In this document: piece by piece, positions 20,172-30,417 of the stretch
Numbering within the stretch: the first letter of the stretch is position 1
Layout of the letters: the number at the start of each line of letters is the position of its first letter
From: Pseudomonadales bacterium
GTDB taxonomy: Bacteria; Pseudomonadota; Gammaproteobacteria; Pseudomonadales; UBA7434
Length of the DNA stretch: 64,000 bases
Direction of reading: 5' to 3'
NCBI GenBank assembly: GCA_965216795.1
Contig: OZ244196.1
Location: 3,231,681 to 3,295,680, forward strand
Made by a program: the position numbers and the translations under genes
The notes under the pieces: model-generated
The model's input: the letters and a program-made list of their open reading frames with translations, nothing else
Databases searched by the model: none
What the model was told of the DNA's origin: nothing

Positions 20172-20264
20172 GGGCCGGGCGGAGAACACCCCGACGGGAA
20201 CATCGGCCGCAGGACGCGGCCGCTGAGCGGGCATGGATGCCGAACAGCGTTCTCCGCCTGGCCC
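20172..20264. repeat. REP/MITE-like nested palindromic element (family copy 3, inverted relative to copy 2)
   Basis: 16-nt arms GGGCCGGGCGGAGAAC / GTTCTCCGCCTGGCCC, with 1 mismatch. The reverse-complemented core TTCGGCATCCATGCCCGCTCAGCGGCCGCGTCCTGCGGCCGATGTTCCC matches about 90 percent of the copy-2 core. Confidence 0.75.
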
Positions 20265-20359
20265 GGTTGTCAGGCCGCAAATGTCGACCTCTGGTCCAGT
20301 TGGCGCCTGCAAAGTGCTCAGGTAAACTGCGACACCCCCGATTGAGGCAAAGCGAAACC

Positions 20360-21589
20360 ATGAGTCCAGAAGCGGCGCAGCCCCCGCGCCATACCGTCAG
20401 GGTCGGCGATGTCAGCATCGGCGGCGACCACCCGGTCGTCGTGCAATCGATGACAAATACCGACACTGCCGACATCGATGCCACCGCCAACCAGGTTGCC
20501 GAATTGGCGCAGGCTGGCTCCGAACTGGTGCGCCTGACGGTCAACAACGCCGAGGCTGCGGCTGCTGTCCCCCATATCCGCGAGCGCCTCGAGATCAGGA
20601 ACGTCCAGGTGCCGCTGGTCGGTGATTTCCACTACAACGGCCACAAGTTGCTGGCCGAGCACCCGGGCTGTGCCGAGGCGCTTGCCAAGTACCGCATTAA
20701 TCCGGGGAACGTGGGTCGAGGCGCAAAGCGTGACCAGCAGTTTTGCGAGATGATCGAGTTTGCCTGTCGCTATGACAAGCCGGTTCGCATTGGCGTCAAC
20801 TGGGGGAGTCTCGACCAGGCAGTACTTGCCGAGTTGCTCGATGACAACGCGCAGCGTAGCGACCCGCAGCCGCTTGAGCTGGTGATGCGCGATGCGGTCA
20901 TTCGCTCCGCGCTGGACAGTGCTGCGCTGGCTGAGTCTGTCGGGCTGGGCGCCGACCGGATTATTCTCTCGTGCAAGACCAGCCAGGTGCAGGACCTTAT
21001 CGCGATCTACCAGCGACTGGCGAGCAGCAGCCGCTATGCATTGCATTTGGGGCTTACCGAAGCAGGTATGGGCTCCAAGGGTATTGTCGCCTCTACCGCG
21101 GCGTTGTCCGTGCTGTTACAGCAGGGCATTGGCGATACGATCCGTATATCGTTGACGCCCGAGCCCGGTGGCAGCCGTGCAACCGAGGTGCAGGTCGGGC
21201 AGGAGATCCTGCAGACCATGGGCCTGCGCGCTTTTACCCCAATGGTCATTGCCTGCCCCGGTTGCGGGCGCACGACAAGTTCGTATTTCCAGGAGCTGGC
21301 CGATCGCATCCAGTCGTATTTGCGCGAGCAAATGCCGCAATGGCGCGAGCGCTACCCGGGCGTCGAGTCGATGAACGTGGCCGTCATGGGCTGTGTGGTT
21401 AACGGCCCGGGCGAGAGCAAGCACGCCGATATCGGCATCAGCCTGCCCGGGACTGGGGAGCGGCCGGTGGCCCCGGTCTATGTCGATGGCGAAAAAAGCG
21501 TCACCCTGAAGGGTGATCACATCGCCGAGGAATTCCAGGCCCTAGTCGCGGAATACGTCGATCGCCGCTATGGCGCGACAGGTGGTTGA
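20360..21589 (+). CDS. ispG: 4-hydroxy-3-methylbut-2-enyl diphosphate synthase IspG
   Basis: [34 protein letters not shown], with cluster Cys motifs ACPGCGR and GCVVNGPGE. The 82-codon upstream extension in the track ORF runs through the REP element and is rejected. Confidence 0.95.
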   Translation: MSPEAAQPPRHTVRVGDVSIGGDHPVVVQSMTNTDTADIDATANQVAELAQAGSELVRLTVNNAEAAAAVPHIRERLEIRNVQVPLVGDFHYNGHKLLAEHPGCAEALAKYRINPGNVGRGAKRDQQFCEMIEFACRYDKPVRIGVNWGSLDQAVLAELLDDNAQRSDPQPLELVMRDAVIRSALDSAALAESVGLGADRIILSCKTSQVQDLIAIYQRLASSSRYALHLGLTEAGMGSKGIVASTAALSVLLQQGIGDTIRISLTPEPGGSRATEVQVGQEILQTMGLRAFTPMVIACPGCGRTTSSYFQELADRIQSYLREQMPQWRERYPGVESMNVAVMGCVVNGPGESKHADIGISLPGTGERPVAPVYVDGEKSVTLKGDHIAEEFQALVAEYVDRRYGATGG

Positions 21590-21664
21590 CGACGGTCTGT
21601 CCAGTTTTGTTCCAAGTCATTGAAATATAATAAGAAAATCAGCAGCGCAGCCATCTGGCGCAAA

Positions 21665-21693
21665 TTGCTCATCGCCGCGTAAATCTCTATAAT
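21665..21693 (+). promoter_or_regulatory. Candidate sigma70 promoter upstream of ndk
   Basis: TTGCTC (21665-70), a 17-nt spacer, and consensus TATAAT (21688-93). This would give a leader of about 190 nt before the ndk ATG. Confidence 0.45.
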
Positions 21694-21888
21694 TCGCCGC
21701 CTCTAATTACCCGCTTCACGCCAGCTGGCCTGCATGACAGCAGCCGAAGCTCAACTAGACTGAAAAGATGGCGCAGTTATTGCTGGAGTCTTGTGAAAGA
21801 CCAGCGTTAACCGAGTCATTCGATCGGTTTGCGTGAGCCGCCTGAACGGGTACCGCAAAGATCAATCTAACCGATGGAGTAACCTTTA

Positions 21889-22314
21889 ATGGGTGTCGAG
21901 CGTACCTTGTCGATCGTCAAGCCAGATGCTGTGGCGAAAAATGTTATTGGGCAGATTTATGCGCGCTTTGAAGATGCGGGTTTACAAATTGTGGCAGCCA
22001 AGATGTTGCATTTGAGTCGCGAACAGGCGGGTGGCTTTTATGCCGAGCACGAAGGTCGGCCGTTCTACGAAGACCTGATCGCCTTTATGACCTCGGGCCC
22101 GGTGACGGTGCAGGTGCTCGAAGGTGATAACGCGATTGCGCGCAACCGCGAAATCATGGGAGCGACCAATCCGCAGGAAGCCGACGCCGGCACTATTCGT
22201 GCAGACTTTGCCTCATCAATTGATGCCAATGCCGTCCACGGTTCTGACTCACCTGCATCGGCCGAGCGTGAAATCGCTTTCTTTTTTGAGCCTGGTGATA
22301 TTTGCTCGCGCTAG
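21889..22314 (+). CDS. ndk: Nucleoside-diphosphate kinase
   Basis: [12 protein letters not shown] and NAVHGSDS (active-site His). 141 aa. Confidence 0.97.
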   Translation: MGVERTLSIVKPDAVAKNVIGQIYARFEDAGLQIVAAKMLHLSREQAGGFYAEHEGRPFYEDLIAFMTSGPVTVQVLEGDNAIARNREIMGATNPQEADAGTIRADFASSIDANAVHGSDSPASAEREIAFFFEPGDICSR

Positions 22315-22328
22315 CGAGTCGACGAGCT

Positions 22329-23510
22329 ATGACTAACCCTGCTGCCGCGACTCCGACGAACGTGCTCGGTATGACCGAGGCACAGCTTCGTGAGTTTTTT
22401 GCGAGCATTGGGGAGAAACCCTTTCGCGCCACGCAGGTGCTGAAATGGATTCACCAGCATGGCGTCGATGATTTTGCGCAGATGTCCAACCTGGGCAAAG
22501 CGCTGCGCGCCCGGCTTGCCGAACTGGCTGTTATTGAGGCGCCCACGGTGCTCAGCCAGCATGACTCGGCTGACGGTACCCGCAAGTGGATCATCGAGCT
22601 TGAGGGCGGCGGCAAGGTCGAAACAGTTTATATACCCGAGAACGGCCGGGGCACCCTGTGCGTGTCTTCGCAGGCAGGCTGCAGCCTTGACTGCAGTTTT
22701 TGTGCGACCGGCAAACAGGGTTTCCAACGCGATTTGACGGCGGCCGAGATCATTGGCCAGGTCTGGCTGGCGGTGCGCTCCTTCGACGGCTTTCGCAAGG
22801 CGCCGGGTGCCGCTGCCGAGGCGCGGCCAGAAGCGTCGGTGACCAACGTCGTGATGATGGGTATGGGCGAGCCGTTGATGAACTTCGACAACGTGGTCGC
22901 CGCAATGAACCTGATGATGGACGACAACGCCTACGGCCTGTCAAAGCGTCGCGTGACGCTCAGTACCTCAGGTGTGGTGCCCATGCTCGAAAAACTTGCT
23001 GAAGTCAGCGACTGTTCGCTGGCGATTTCCTTGCATGCACCCAACAATGCGCTGCGCGATGAGTTGGTGCCGATCAATAAAAAATACCCGATCGAACAGT
23101 TACTCGATGCCAGCGTTCGCTATATCGAGGGCCTGCCGGACAGCAAGCGGGTGTTGACGATAGAGTACACGCTTATCGACCGGGTTAACGATAGCCTGGA
23201 GCTGGCCCGCGAACTGGTTGAACTGCTGCGCGATGTGCCCTGCAAGATCAACCTCATCCCGTTCAACCCCTTTCCCCAGTCGGGCTATAAAAAGCCGGGT
23301 AGTATGCGCGTCAAGGCCTTCCAGCGCGTGCTGAACGAGGCGGGGTATATTGCGCCGATACGCACCACACGGGGCGACGATATTGCAGCGGCCTGCGGTC
23401 AACTGGCCGGCCAGGTCCAGGACAAAACCTCGCGTTCGCGTCGCTATCGCGAGCGCATGGCCAACGCCGCCGAGCCGGTGCGGCTGGTTGGCGGGGCAGG
23501 CGGTCAATGA
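22329..23510 (+). CDS. rlmN: 23S rRNA/tRNA A2503/A37 C2-methyltransferase RlmN (radical SAM)
   Basis: [11 protein letters not shown], radical-SAM [18 protein letters not shown] and [14 protein letters not shown] 22329 is preferred to the track start, which overlaps ndk. Confidence 0.95.
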   Translation: MTNPAAATPTNVLGMTEAQLREFFASIGEKPFRATQVLKWIHQHGVDDFAQMSNLGKALRARLAELAVIEAPTVLSQHDSADGTRKWIIELEGGGKVETVYIPENGRGTLCVSSQAGCSLDCSFCATGKQGFQRDLTAAEIIGQVWLAVRSFDGFRKAPGAAAEARPEASVTNVVMMGMGEPLMNFDNVVAAMNLMMDDNAYGLSKRRVTLSTSGVVPMLEKLAEVSDCSLAISLHAPNNALRDELVPINKKYPIEQLLDASVRYIEGLPDSKRVLTIEYTLIDRVNDSLELARELVELLRDVPCKINLIPFNPFPQSGYKKPGSMRVKAFQRVLNEAGYIAPIRTTRGDDIAAACGQLAGQVQDKTSRSRRYRERMANAAEPVRLVGGAGGQ

Positions 23511-24310
23511 GCGCGCTAGCCAATCGCCTTTTCGCAAGGCTGTTGCTGCTGGTAGCGTTGCTGGTTAGCGCAGGCTGCGTCACGACCCAAAGTGGCGGTG
23601 TGTCCAAGGCGGCGCCGCCGGAAGAGGCGCTGCAGATTCGCGTCGCAGCCGCCAAGCAGTACCTGCAGAATCGCGATTTCGAGGCAGCGCGCCGGCACTT
23701 GCGGGTTGCGCTCGAGAGCAACCCTCGCTCGCCGGATGTACACGACGCGCTGGCCCTGACCTTCCACTACAGCGGTGAACTGGAGCTGGCCGAAAAACAC
23801 TACAAAAAGGCCGTCAGCCTTGGCGATGGTGCGTCGCGCTATCGCGTCAATTACGCCAGCTACCTGCTGCAGCTCGAGCGCTTTGAGGATGCCGAGCGCC
23901 AGCTCGAGGCGGTGGTTGATGACTCACTGTATGAAAAGCGCGAGACGGCGCTGGTCATGCTGGGTATGGCGCAGCAGCAGCTGCTCAAGTCCGACCAGGC
24001 GATGCGCTCCTTTGAGCGCGCGCTGGTGCTCAAGCCCCGCAATGCGCCGGTACTCAGGGAGCTGGCGATCATGAAGTTCGAGCAGGGCGATACTGCGGCG
24101 GCCTGGCAGTATTTCCAGTCGTATCGCTCGATTACAGCGCGGCCAACGCCGGAAATGCTGTTGCTGGGTATCAAGCTGGCGCAGCAGCTCGATAAATCCG
24201 ATGCCGAAGCCAGCTATGTGCTGGCATTGAAAAACCTTTATCCGCAGTCACGCGAGTACGCCAGTTACCTGCGCTCCCAGCAATACGGTGTACCGGGGGG
24301 GCAGCAGTGA
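23507..24310 (+). CDS. pilW: Type IV pilus biogenesis/stability lipoprotein PilW (PilF), TPR
   Basis: Lipobox LLVSAGC. TPR repeats throughout. Conserved position after rlmN. Confidence 0.8.
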   Translation: MSALANRLFARLLLLVALLVSAGCVTTQSGGVSKAAPPEEALQIRVAAAKQYLQNRDFEAARRHLRVALESNPRSPDVHDALALTFHYSGELELAEKHYKKAVSLGDGASRYRVNYASYLLQLERFEDAERQLEAVVDDSLYEKRETALVMLGMAQQQLLKSDQAMRSFERALVLKPRNAPVLRELAIMKFEQGDTAAAWQYFQSYRSITARPTPEMLLLGIKLAQQLDKSDAEASYVLALKNLYPQSREYASYLRSQQYGVPGGQQ

Positions 24311-25206
24311 GCAGTGGCGATCTGTCACCGGCCATGGTGGGCCGAGAACTGTCGACGCTGCGCGAAGAGCAGGGCCTGGCGCTGCGTGATATCGCCCGCC
24401 AGACCTGTATCGCTGAACACCACCTGCGCGCGCTCGAAGCCGGGACCTTGCTTGAGCGTGTGTCCACGCCTTTTGCCTTTGGTTATTTCCGCTCCTATGC
24501 CGAGCTGCTCGGGCTGGATGCCGAACACTGGATGCGCCGCTATGGCCTGCGCCGTACCGTCGTCGAAGCGCCACCGGTGGCGCGCGATACCAAACTGGCC
24601 GGCCCCTCATACTGGCCGCTACTGCATCCAGGCAGTGTGCTGGCAAAGGGCGCCTGGCGCACCTATGCGATGACGTCACTCGCGCTGCTTGCGGTGTCGG
24701 TGATGGCCTGGGTGTACAACGGGATTCGCGAAGACGTGCAGGCCCTGCACGCCAGCGCCGAGCCGGTGTTGGTGCCCCTGGTCGATGATCCTGCGCCGCT
24801 GGGAGAGCTGGCGCATGTCGTGGTCTCCGCCCAGAGTCCGCTTGAAGCGGCGCCCGAAGCGGTCTCCATTGAGTCTGCGCTGCTGGCGACAGCTACCAGT
24901 TCAGTGCGCACCAACGAGCGCCAGAGCCCCGGTGCGGCGGCCATGATCGCCCAGGTCTCGCAGCCTGATCGGTTGGTGATCGTTGTCCACCAGGACAGCT
25001 GGATCGACCTCAGTGACAGCCAGGGCAGTCGCCTGTATCGCAACCTCGCTCGCGCCGGCAAGAAGATCGACGCCAGCGGCACCTTGCCGTTCGCCCTGCA
25101 TGTGGGCAATGCGCCCGGCCTGAGCCTGGTGCTCAACGGCGAACCTTTTGCTATTGAGCGCTATCGCGCGGATAATAGCGCCCGTTTGACGCTGGCCGCC
25201 CAGTAG
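24307..25206 (+). CDS. rodZ: RodZ-like cytoskeleton protein (HTH, TM segment, DUF4115)
   Basis: GTG overlaps the pilW stop (GTGA). The HTH is GRELSTLREEQGLALRDIARQTCIAEHHLRALE. There is a central TM segment. The C-terminal block DSWIDLSDSQGSRLYRNLARAGKKI..GNAPGLSLVLNGEPF is typical of DUF4115. Confidence 0.8.
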   Translation: MSSGDLSPAMVGRELSTLREEQGLALRDIARQTCIAEHHLRALEAGTLLERVSTPFAFGYFRSYAELLGLDAEHWMRRYGLRRTVVEAPPVARDTKLAGPSYWPLLHPGSVLAKGAWRTYAMTSLALLAVSVMAWVYNGIREDVQALHASAEPVLVPLVDDPAPLGELAHVVVSAQSPLEAAPEAVSIESALLATATSSVRTNERQSPGAAAMIAQVSQPDRLVIVVHQDSWIDLSDSQGSRLYRNLARAGKKIDASGTLPFALHVGNAPGLSLVLNGEPFAIERYRADNSARLTLAAQ

Positions 25207-25278
25207 CCGGTCCCTCCCCAGTTCGGGTGGGCCGCGCAGCTCGCCAGCCACTAGTTTAATGCTCAATCGGATCGCTCC

Positions 25279-26565
25279 TTGAATCTCATCAAAGCAGTGC
25301 GTGGCATGCACGATATAACGCCACCGGCCTCCGCCCATTGGGCGGCGATCGAGGCGGCGCTGCGCGCTGTATTTGCCAGTTATGATTTTCGCGAGATCCG
25401 GCTGCCGCTGGTCGAGAGCACGACGCTGTTCCAGCGCTCGATCGGCGAGGTGACGGATATCGTCGAGAAAGAGATGTACAGCTTTCCCGATCGCAACGGC
25501 GAGTCGCTGACCCTGCGGCCCGAGGGCACGGCCGGCTGCGTGCGCGCAGTGCTCGAGCAGGGCATGCTCAATACCCCGCAGAAGCTGTGGTACCTGGGCC
25601 CGATGTTTCGCTATGAGCGACCGCAGAAGGGCAGGCAGCGCCAGTTTCACCAGGTCGGTGGTGAGGTCTTTGGCATCGATGGCGTTGAGGCCGAGGCCGA
25701 GATACTCCTGTTGAACCAGCGCCTATGGAAGCAGCTTGGGGTTGCGGATACCGTGCGGCTGCAACTGAATAATATTGGCAGCAGTGATGATCGCGCGCGC
25801 TACCGCGCTGCGCTGGTCGACTACCTGCAGGCGCGCCGCGACCAGCTCGATGAGGACAGCCAGCGCCGGCTCGAAAGCAATCCGCTGCGCATTCTTGACA
25901 GTAAATCGCCGGATACACAGGCGCTGCTCGATGAGGCGCCTCGACTGGGGCAGTTCCTGTCGGCGGCCTCCACCGAGCGCCACCAGCAGCTGTTGGAACT
26001 GCTGGCCGCCGCCGGTATCGAAGTGCAGGCCAATGAGCGGCTGGTGCGCGGCCTCGACTACTACAACGACGCGGTTTTCGAATGGGTCAGCGATGACCTG
26101 GGTGCCCAGGCCACGGTCTGCGGCGGTGGCCGCTACGACGGGCTGGTCGCGCAACTGGGCGGCAAAGCCTGTAGCGCAGTTGGCTTCGGGCTGGGTCTTG
26201 AGCGGCTCTACCTGCTGCTCGAGGCGCGCGAGTTCGCCGCGCTGGACTGTGATGACAGGCCCGATGTGTTCGCCATCGTCGGCGCCCCCGAGCTGCAGGC
26301 TGAGGCCTTTGCCTTGCTTGAGCGGCTGCGCGATGCGGCCCCGGACTTTGTTATTATGCACCCGCTTGCCAGTGGCTCGCTCAAGAGCCAGTTCAAGAAA
26401 GCCGATCGCAGTGGCGCGCGTTTTGCGTTGGTTATTGCCGCTGATGAAGTGCAGCGCCAGCAGGTGACGGTCAAGAATTTGCAAACCGGCGAGCAGGAGA
26501 GCTACGCCACCGCCGGGGAGCTCGATACGCTCGTTGCTGCACTGCGCAGTGCAGGAGCGGATTAA
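25279..26565 (+). CDS. hisS: Histidine--tRNA ligase
   Basis: TTG start. AVRGMHDI, LRPEGTAGCVRA, FRYERPQKGRQRQFHQ and GGGRYDGL. Confidence 0.97.
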   Translation: MNLIKAVRGMHDITPPASAHWAAIEAALRAVFASYDFREIRLPLVESTTLFQRSIGEVTDIVEKEMYSFPDRNGESLTLRPEGTAGCVRAVLEQGMLNTPQKLWYLGPMFRYERPQKGRQRQFHQVGGEVFGIDGVEAEAEILLLNQRLWKQLGVADTVRLQLNNIGSSDDRARYRAALVDYLQARRDQLDEDSQRRLESNPLRILDSKSPDTQALLDEAPRLGQFLSAASTERHQQLLELLAAAGIEVQANERLVRGLDYYNDAVFEWVSDDLGAQATVCGGGRYDGLVAQLGGKACSAVGFGLGLERLYLLLEAREFAALDCDDRPDVFAIVGAPELQAEAFALLERLRDAAPDFVIMHPLASGSLKSQFKKADRSGARFALVIAADEVQRQQVTVKNLQTGEQESYATAGELDTLVAALRSAGAD

Positions 26566-26581
26566 TCATCTGGAGAGAGCA

Positions 26582-27241
26582 TTGGACAGTTATACCACTG
26601 AAGAAGAACAAATACAGGCAATCAAAAAATGGTGGGCCGAGAACGGCGTATCCACCATTGCCGGTATCGCGATCGCGATTGCCGCGGTATTCGGCTGGCG
26701 CTTTTACCAGGATGGTGAGCAGGCCAAGCTTGAAGCCAGTTCGTTTGCCTATGAAGAATTGATCCAGGCACTGGCGACGGCGCGCAATGAGCCCAACGAT
26801 ATCAACATCGCCACCGCCGATCACCTGGCCAACCAGATCAAGGAAACGTATGGCGATAGCGGCTATGCCTATTTCGCCGCGTTTTTCCGCGCCCAGCAGG
26901 CGGTCAGCGATGAAGATTACGCACTGGCCGAGCAGGAGCTGAACTGGGTGCTCGACAGCGGCCCGAGCGAGCCGCTGCGGCAAGCGGCGCAGTTGCGGCT
27001 GGCGCGCGTGGTATTCGCACAGGATCGCAGCGATGAAGCGCTGGCTTTGCTGGCCGTTGACGACGCAGGCGCTTATGGCCCGGTTTACCTCGAGACTCAG
27101 GGCGATATTCATTTGCAGCTTGAGCAACACCAGCAGGCGGTCGACGCCTACGAAAGTGCGCAGGCACTGTCTACGCAACTCGAGATTAACGAGCCCCCGA
27201 CTTTGTCGATCAAGCTCACGCACGCCCGGACTTTTCTGTAA
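26582..27241 (+). CDS. yfgM: YfgM-like membrane-anchored TPR protein (UPF0070)
   Basis: TTG 26582 follows GGAGAG. EEEQIQAIKKWWAENG is followed by a TM segment. Conserved position between hisS and bamB. Confidence 0.7.
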   Translation: MDSYTTEEEQIQAIKKWWAENGVSTIAGIAIAIAAVFGWRFYQDGEQAKLEASSFAYEELIQALATARNEPNDINIATADHLANQIKETYGDSGYAYFAAFFRAQQAVSDEDYALAEQELNWVLDSGPSEPLRQAAQLRLARVVFAQDRSDEALALLAVDDAGAYGPVYLETQGDIHLQLEQHQQAVDAYESAQALSTQLEINEPPTLSIKLTHARTFL

Positions 27242-27301
27242 GCATTCCGCCACCGGGGCAGCCGCCAGGCTGCAACACGGGGCTGAGCCAGGTGCCAGTA
27301 C

Positions 27302-28564
27302 ATGATTCACTCCCAGGCCACATTCCGCATCCATAGCGCTGCGCCTTTGCCTCGTGCATTGTCTCGTGCACTGTCTCGTGCACTGTCTCGCGCATTGCCT
27401 GCGCTGATGCTGGTCAGTCTACTGGTGTTGCTGCTCAGTGCTTGCAGTGGCAATCGCAAGGACGATGTTGTCGAGTCGGGAGAACCCGCACCGCTGCCGG
27501 AGTTTGTCGCTGAGACCCGCCTCAGGAAAAGCTGGTCGACTGACGTGGGCAGCGGGCAGGGCAAAAAGGAAGATCGGCTCACCATCGGATTTTTACCCGC
27601 TGCTGGTGGTGCGCAGGATGCCGTGGTCGCCTCGGTTAACGGGCGCGTTGCGCGGATCGACTCGCGCGGCAAGCGCGTCTGGCAAACGCGGGTGAGCAAG
27701 CGTTTATCAGCTGGTGCCGGCGCGGGCAGTGGGCTGGTTGCGGTCGCCGACAGCGACGGCCTGGTCTATGCGCTCGACGCTGAAACCGGCGAGCAGCGTT
27801 GGCGGGTCGATGTGCGCAGCGAAGTGCTCGCGGCGCCGGTTCCCGCTAACGACTATGTCATTGTGCAAACTGCGCTGGGCGACCTGTTGTGCCTTTCTGC
27901 AGCCGACGGCAGCGAGCGCTGGGTTTACAAGTCCGACTTGCCGGTGTTGACTTCGCGGGGTACCGCCACGCCAGTGATTCGCGATGGTGTTGTCTACACC
28001 GGTTTTGCCAGCGGCAAGTTCGTGGCGCTGGACCTGCGTACTGGCAGCTTGCGCTGGGACAAGCTGGTCGCCCTGGCCAAGGGCCAGGCCGAGATCGAGC
28101 GCATCGTCGATATTGACGCGGCGCCGCTGGTCACCAGCAACTCGGTCTACGTCAGCAGTTTCAATGGCAACCTGTTGGCCTACGACCGTGATTCCGGTGC
28201 CGCCCAGTGGCGCTTTGAGACCTCCAGCTATCGCGAGGTGGGCCGGGGTTTTGGCAACATTTACCTGGTCGATGAAGACAGCAGGATCCACGCTATTTCA
28301 GCGCAGGAGGGAGAGCTGCGCTGGGAGCAATCGGCGCTGTTACATCGTAGGCTCAGTGCGCCTGCGGTCTACGGCGGATTCATGCTGGTTGCCGATGGCA
28401 AGGGCTATCTGCATGTGCTCTCGCAGGTCGACGGCGCCGTCGTCGGTCGGGCGCGCGTCGATGGCTCCGGTGTACGGGTGCCGATGCGTGTTGCCAATGA
28501 CCTGCTCTACGTCTACAGCAACGATGGCAAGTTGACCACGTTTACGCTCAGTGCGCTCAACTAG
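27302..28564 (+). CDS. bamB: Outer membrane protein assembly factor BamB (PQQ-like beta-propeller lipoprotein)
   Basis: Lipobox LLLSACSG with repeated propeller blades (G.V.A.D...G...W). The start is uncertain: ATG 27302, in-frame TTG 27359 or 27395, or ATG 27407. Confidence 0.9.
   Translation: MIHSQATFRIHSAAPLPRALSRALSRALSRALPALMLVSLLVLLLSACSGNRKDDVVESGEPAPLPEFVAETRLRKSWSTDVGSGQGKKEDRLTIGFLPAAGGAQDAVVASVNGRVARIDSRGKRVWQTRVSKRLSAGAGAGSGLVAVADSDGLVYALDAETGEQRWRVDVRSEVLAAPVPANDYVIVQTALGDLLCLSAADGSERWVYKSDLPVLTSRGTATPVIRDGVVYTGFASGKFVALDLRTGSLRWDKLVALAKGQAEIERIVDIDAAPLVTSNSVYVSSFNGNLLAYDRDSGAAQWRFETSSYREVGRGFGNIYLVDEDSRIHAISAQEGELRWEQSALLHRRLSAPAVYGGFMLVADGKGYLHVLSQVDGAVVGRARVDGSGVRVPMRVANDLLYVYSNDGKLTTFTLSALN
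27356..27400 (+). repeat. 12-bp tandem repeat (about 3.75 copies) at the bamB 5' end
   Basis: GCATTGTCTCGT GCACTGTCTCGT GCACTGTCTCGC GCATTGCCT. It encodes (ALSR)x3 if translated. Confidence 0.85.
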
Positions 28565-28595
28565 GCCAGGCCGTTCTTTCCGGGCAACCTGAACC

Positions 28596-30017
28596 ATGCT
28601 TCCCGTTATTGCGCTCGTTGGCCGTCCCAATGTCGGCAAGTCAACGCTCTTCAACCGCCTGACGCGTTCGCGCGATGCGCTGGTGGCTGACTATGAGGGC
28701 CTGACGCGCGACCGCAAGTATGGCGAGGCGCAGTTTGGTGATACGCGGGTGATTGTCATCGATACCGGCGGGCTGAGCGGCCTCGAAGAAGGTATCGACG
28801 AGGCCATGGCACAGCAATCGCTGATGGCGATCGATGAAGCGGATGAGATCCTGCTGATGGTTGATGCCCGCGCGGGCCTGCTGCCGGCGGATGAGGCAAT
28901 CGCTCGCGAGATTCGCCAGCGTGGCAAACCCTTCAGCGTTCTCGCGAACAAGATTGATGGTACCGAAGAGGGTGCCAGCGCCGAGTTTTATGCACTCGGT
29001 GTCGAGAATGTCTACCCCATCGCTGCCGCCCATGGCCGTGGCGTTCGCCAGCTGGTCGACGAGCTGGTTGAGCGCTGGCAGAGCGAGGCGGTTCCAGAGC
29101 CCCAGCCGACACCTGGCGAAGAAGCCTTCAAGCGCACCCGTATCGCGGTGGTGGGCAGGCCAAACGTGGGCAAGTCGACGCTGGTCAATCGCATGTTGGG
29201 TGAAGATCGGGTGGTTGTCTTTGATCACCCGGGAACCACGCGCGACAGTATCTATATCGATTACGACCGGCGCGATGCCGAAGGCAATGTGCAGCCCTAC
29301 ACGCTGATCGATACGGCCGGAGTCAGGCGACGCAAGAACGTCAACGAAGCGATCGAGAAGTTCTCGATCCTGAAAACGCTGAAGGCGGTTGGCGATGCCC
29401 AGGTGACGGTGTTGGTGCTCGATGCACGCGAGGGCCTGGTTGACCAGGACCTGCACCTGTTAAGCCATATCGTGAACGCGGGCAGGGCGTTGGTCATTGC
29501 CATCAACAAATGGGACGGGCTGGAGCAAGGCCAGAAAGATTCCATTCGCGAGCAGCTTGATCGCAAATTGGCGTTCAACGATTTTGCCGAGGTGCGCTTC
29601 CTGTCTGCGCTCCATGGCACCGGTGTGGGTGAGCTGTACAAGGCAGTCAATACTGCTTATCGTGCTGCGACCCAACAGCTTGTTACCAATGAATTGACCC
29701 GCATCCTCGAGCAGGCGGTGTTCGACCATCCGCCGCCCTCGATCGCGGGCCGTCGCATCAAGCTGCGTTATGCGCATGCGGGTGGCCAGAACCCGCCCAT
29801 CATCGTTATTCATGGCAACCAGACCAACGCGGTGCCAAAGCACTATACGCGCTACCTTGAAAAAACATTTCGCCGCCGTCTGCAACTGTTCGGTACGCCG
29901 ATTCGTATCGAGTACCGCAGCTCGGAAAACCCTTTCGCCGGTCGCAAGAACAAGCTGACGACACGTCAGGTGAACAAGCGCAGGCGAATGATGAAGCATG
30001 TCAAAAAGCGAAAGTGA
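28596..30017 (+). CDS. der: Ribosome biogenesis GTPase Der (EngA)
   Basis: Two G-domains ([14 protein letters not shown] and [14 protein letters not shown]) and a basic KH-like C-terminus. Confidence 0.97.
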   Translation: MLPVIALVGRPNVGKSTLFNRLTRSRDALVADYEGLTRDRKYGEAQFGDTRVIVIDTGGLSGLEEGIDEAMAQQSLMAIDEADEILLMVDARAGLLPADEAIAREIRQRGKPFSVLANKIDGTEEGASAEFYALGVENVYPIAAAHGRGVRQLVDELVERWQSEAVPEPQPTPGEEAFKRTRIAVVGRPNVGKSTLVNRMLGEDRVVVFDHPGTTRDSIYIDYDRRDAEGNVQPYTLIDTAGVRRRKNVNEAIEKFSILKTLKAVGDAQVTVLVLDAREGLVDQDLHLLSHIVNAGRALVIAINKWDGLEQGQKDSIREQLDRKLAFNDFAEVRFLSALHGTGVGELYKAVNTAYRAATQQLVTNELTRILEQAVFDHPPPSIAGRRIKLRYAHAGGQNPPIIVIHGNQTNAVPKHYTRYLEKTFRRRLQLFGTPIRIEYRSSENPFAGRKNKLTTRQVNKRRRMMKHVKKRK

Positions 30018-30399
30018 CACTCGGCCTGACATTCGCTCGACGGCCGATATTGAACAATTTGTCGATCATTTTTATGCTGCGCTGCTCGCCGACCCGGTGC
30101 TGGCGCCCATCTTTGTCGATGTGGCCAGGATCGACCTGTCTGTTCATAAACCCCTGATATGCCAGTACTGGGCCAAACTGCTGCTGGGTGGCGAGGACTA
30201 CCAGCGCCATACGATGAACATACACCGTGCGGTCGATGGCAAGCGCAAGCTGCGGCCCGATGATTTCAAGCTGTGGCTCGATTATTTCGCGCGCAGTATG
30301 GATGCACTGTTTCGTGGGCCTACGGCGGATAAGGCTGTGAAGATAGCCACAACGATTGCCCAGAATATGAATAAGGCCGTCGGAAACGCGCCCTGGTAG
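29998..30399 (+). CDS. Group III truncated haemoglobin-like globin
   Basis: 133 aa. The pattern [23 protein letters not shown]...[16 protein letters not shown].....IH matches my recollection of trHb group III proteins. Overlaps the der 3' end by 20 nt. Confidence 0.65.
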   Translation: MSKSESDTRPDIRSTADIEQFVDHFYAALLADPVLAPIFVDVARIDLSVHKPLICQYWAKLLLGGEDYQRHTMNIHRAVDGKRKLRPDDFKLWLDYFARSMDALFRGPTADKAVKIATTIAQNMNKAVGNAPW

Positions 30400-30417
30400 C
30401 GTGCTATAGTAACGATC

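Noticed and set aside
19956-20264. Possibility that the repeated palindromes form a CRISPR array.
   Set aside because: There are only two copies here, in inverted orientation and with different arms. There are no regular spacers and no cas genes in the window.
20114-20359. 82-codon N-terminal extension of ispG in the track ORF.
   Set aside because: It runs through the REP-like palindrome (copy 3). The IspG-homologous sequence begins at ATG 20360.
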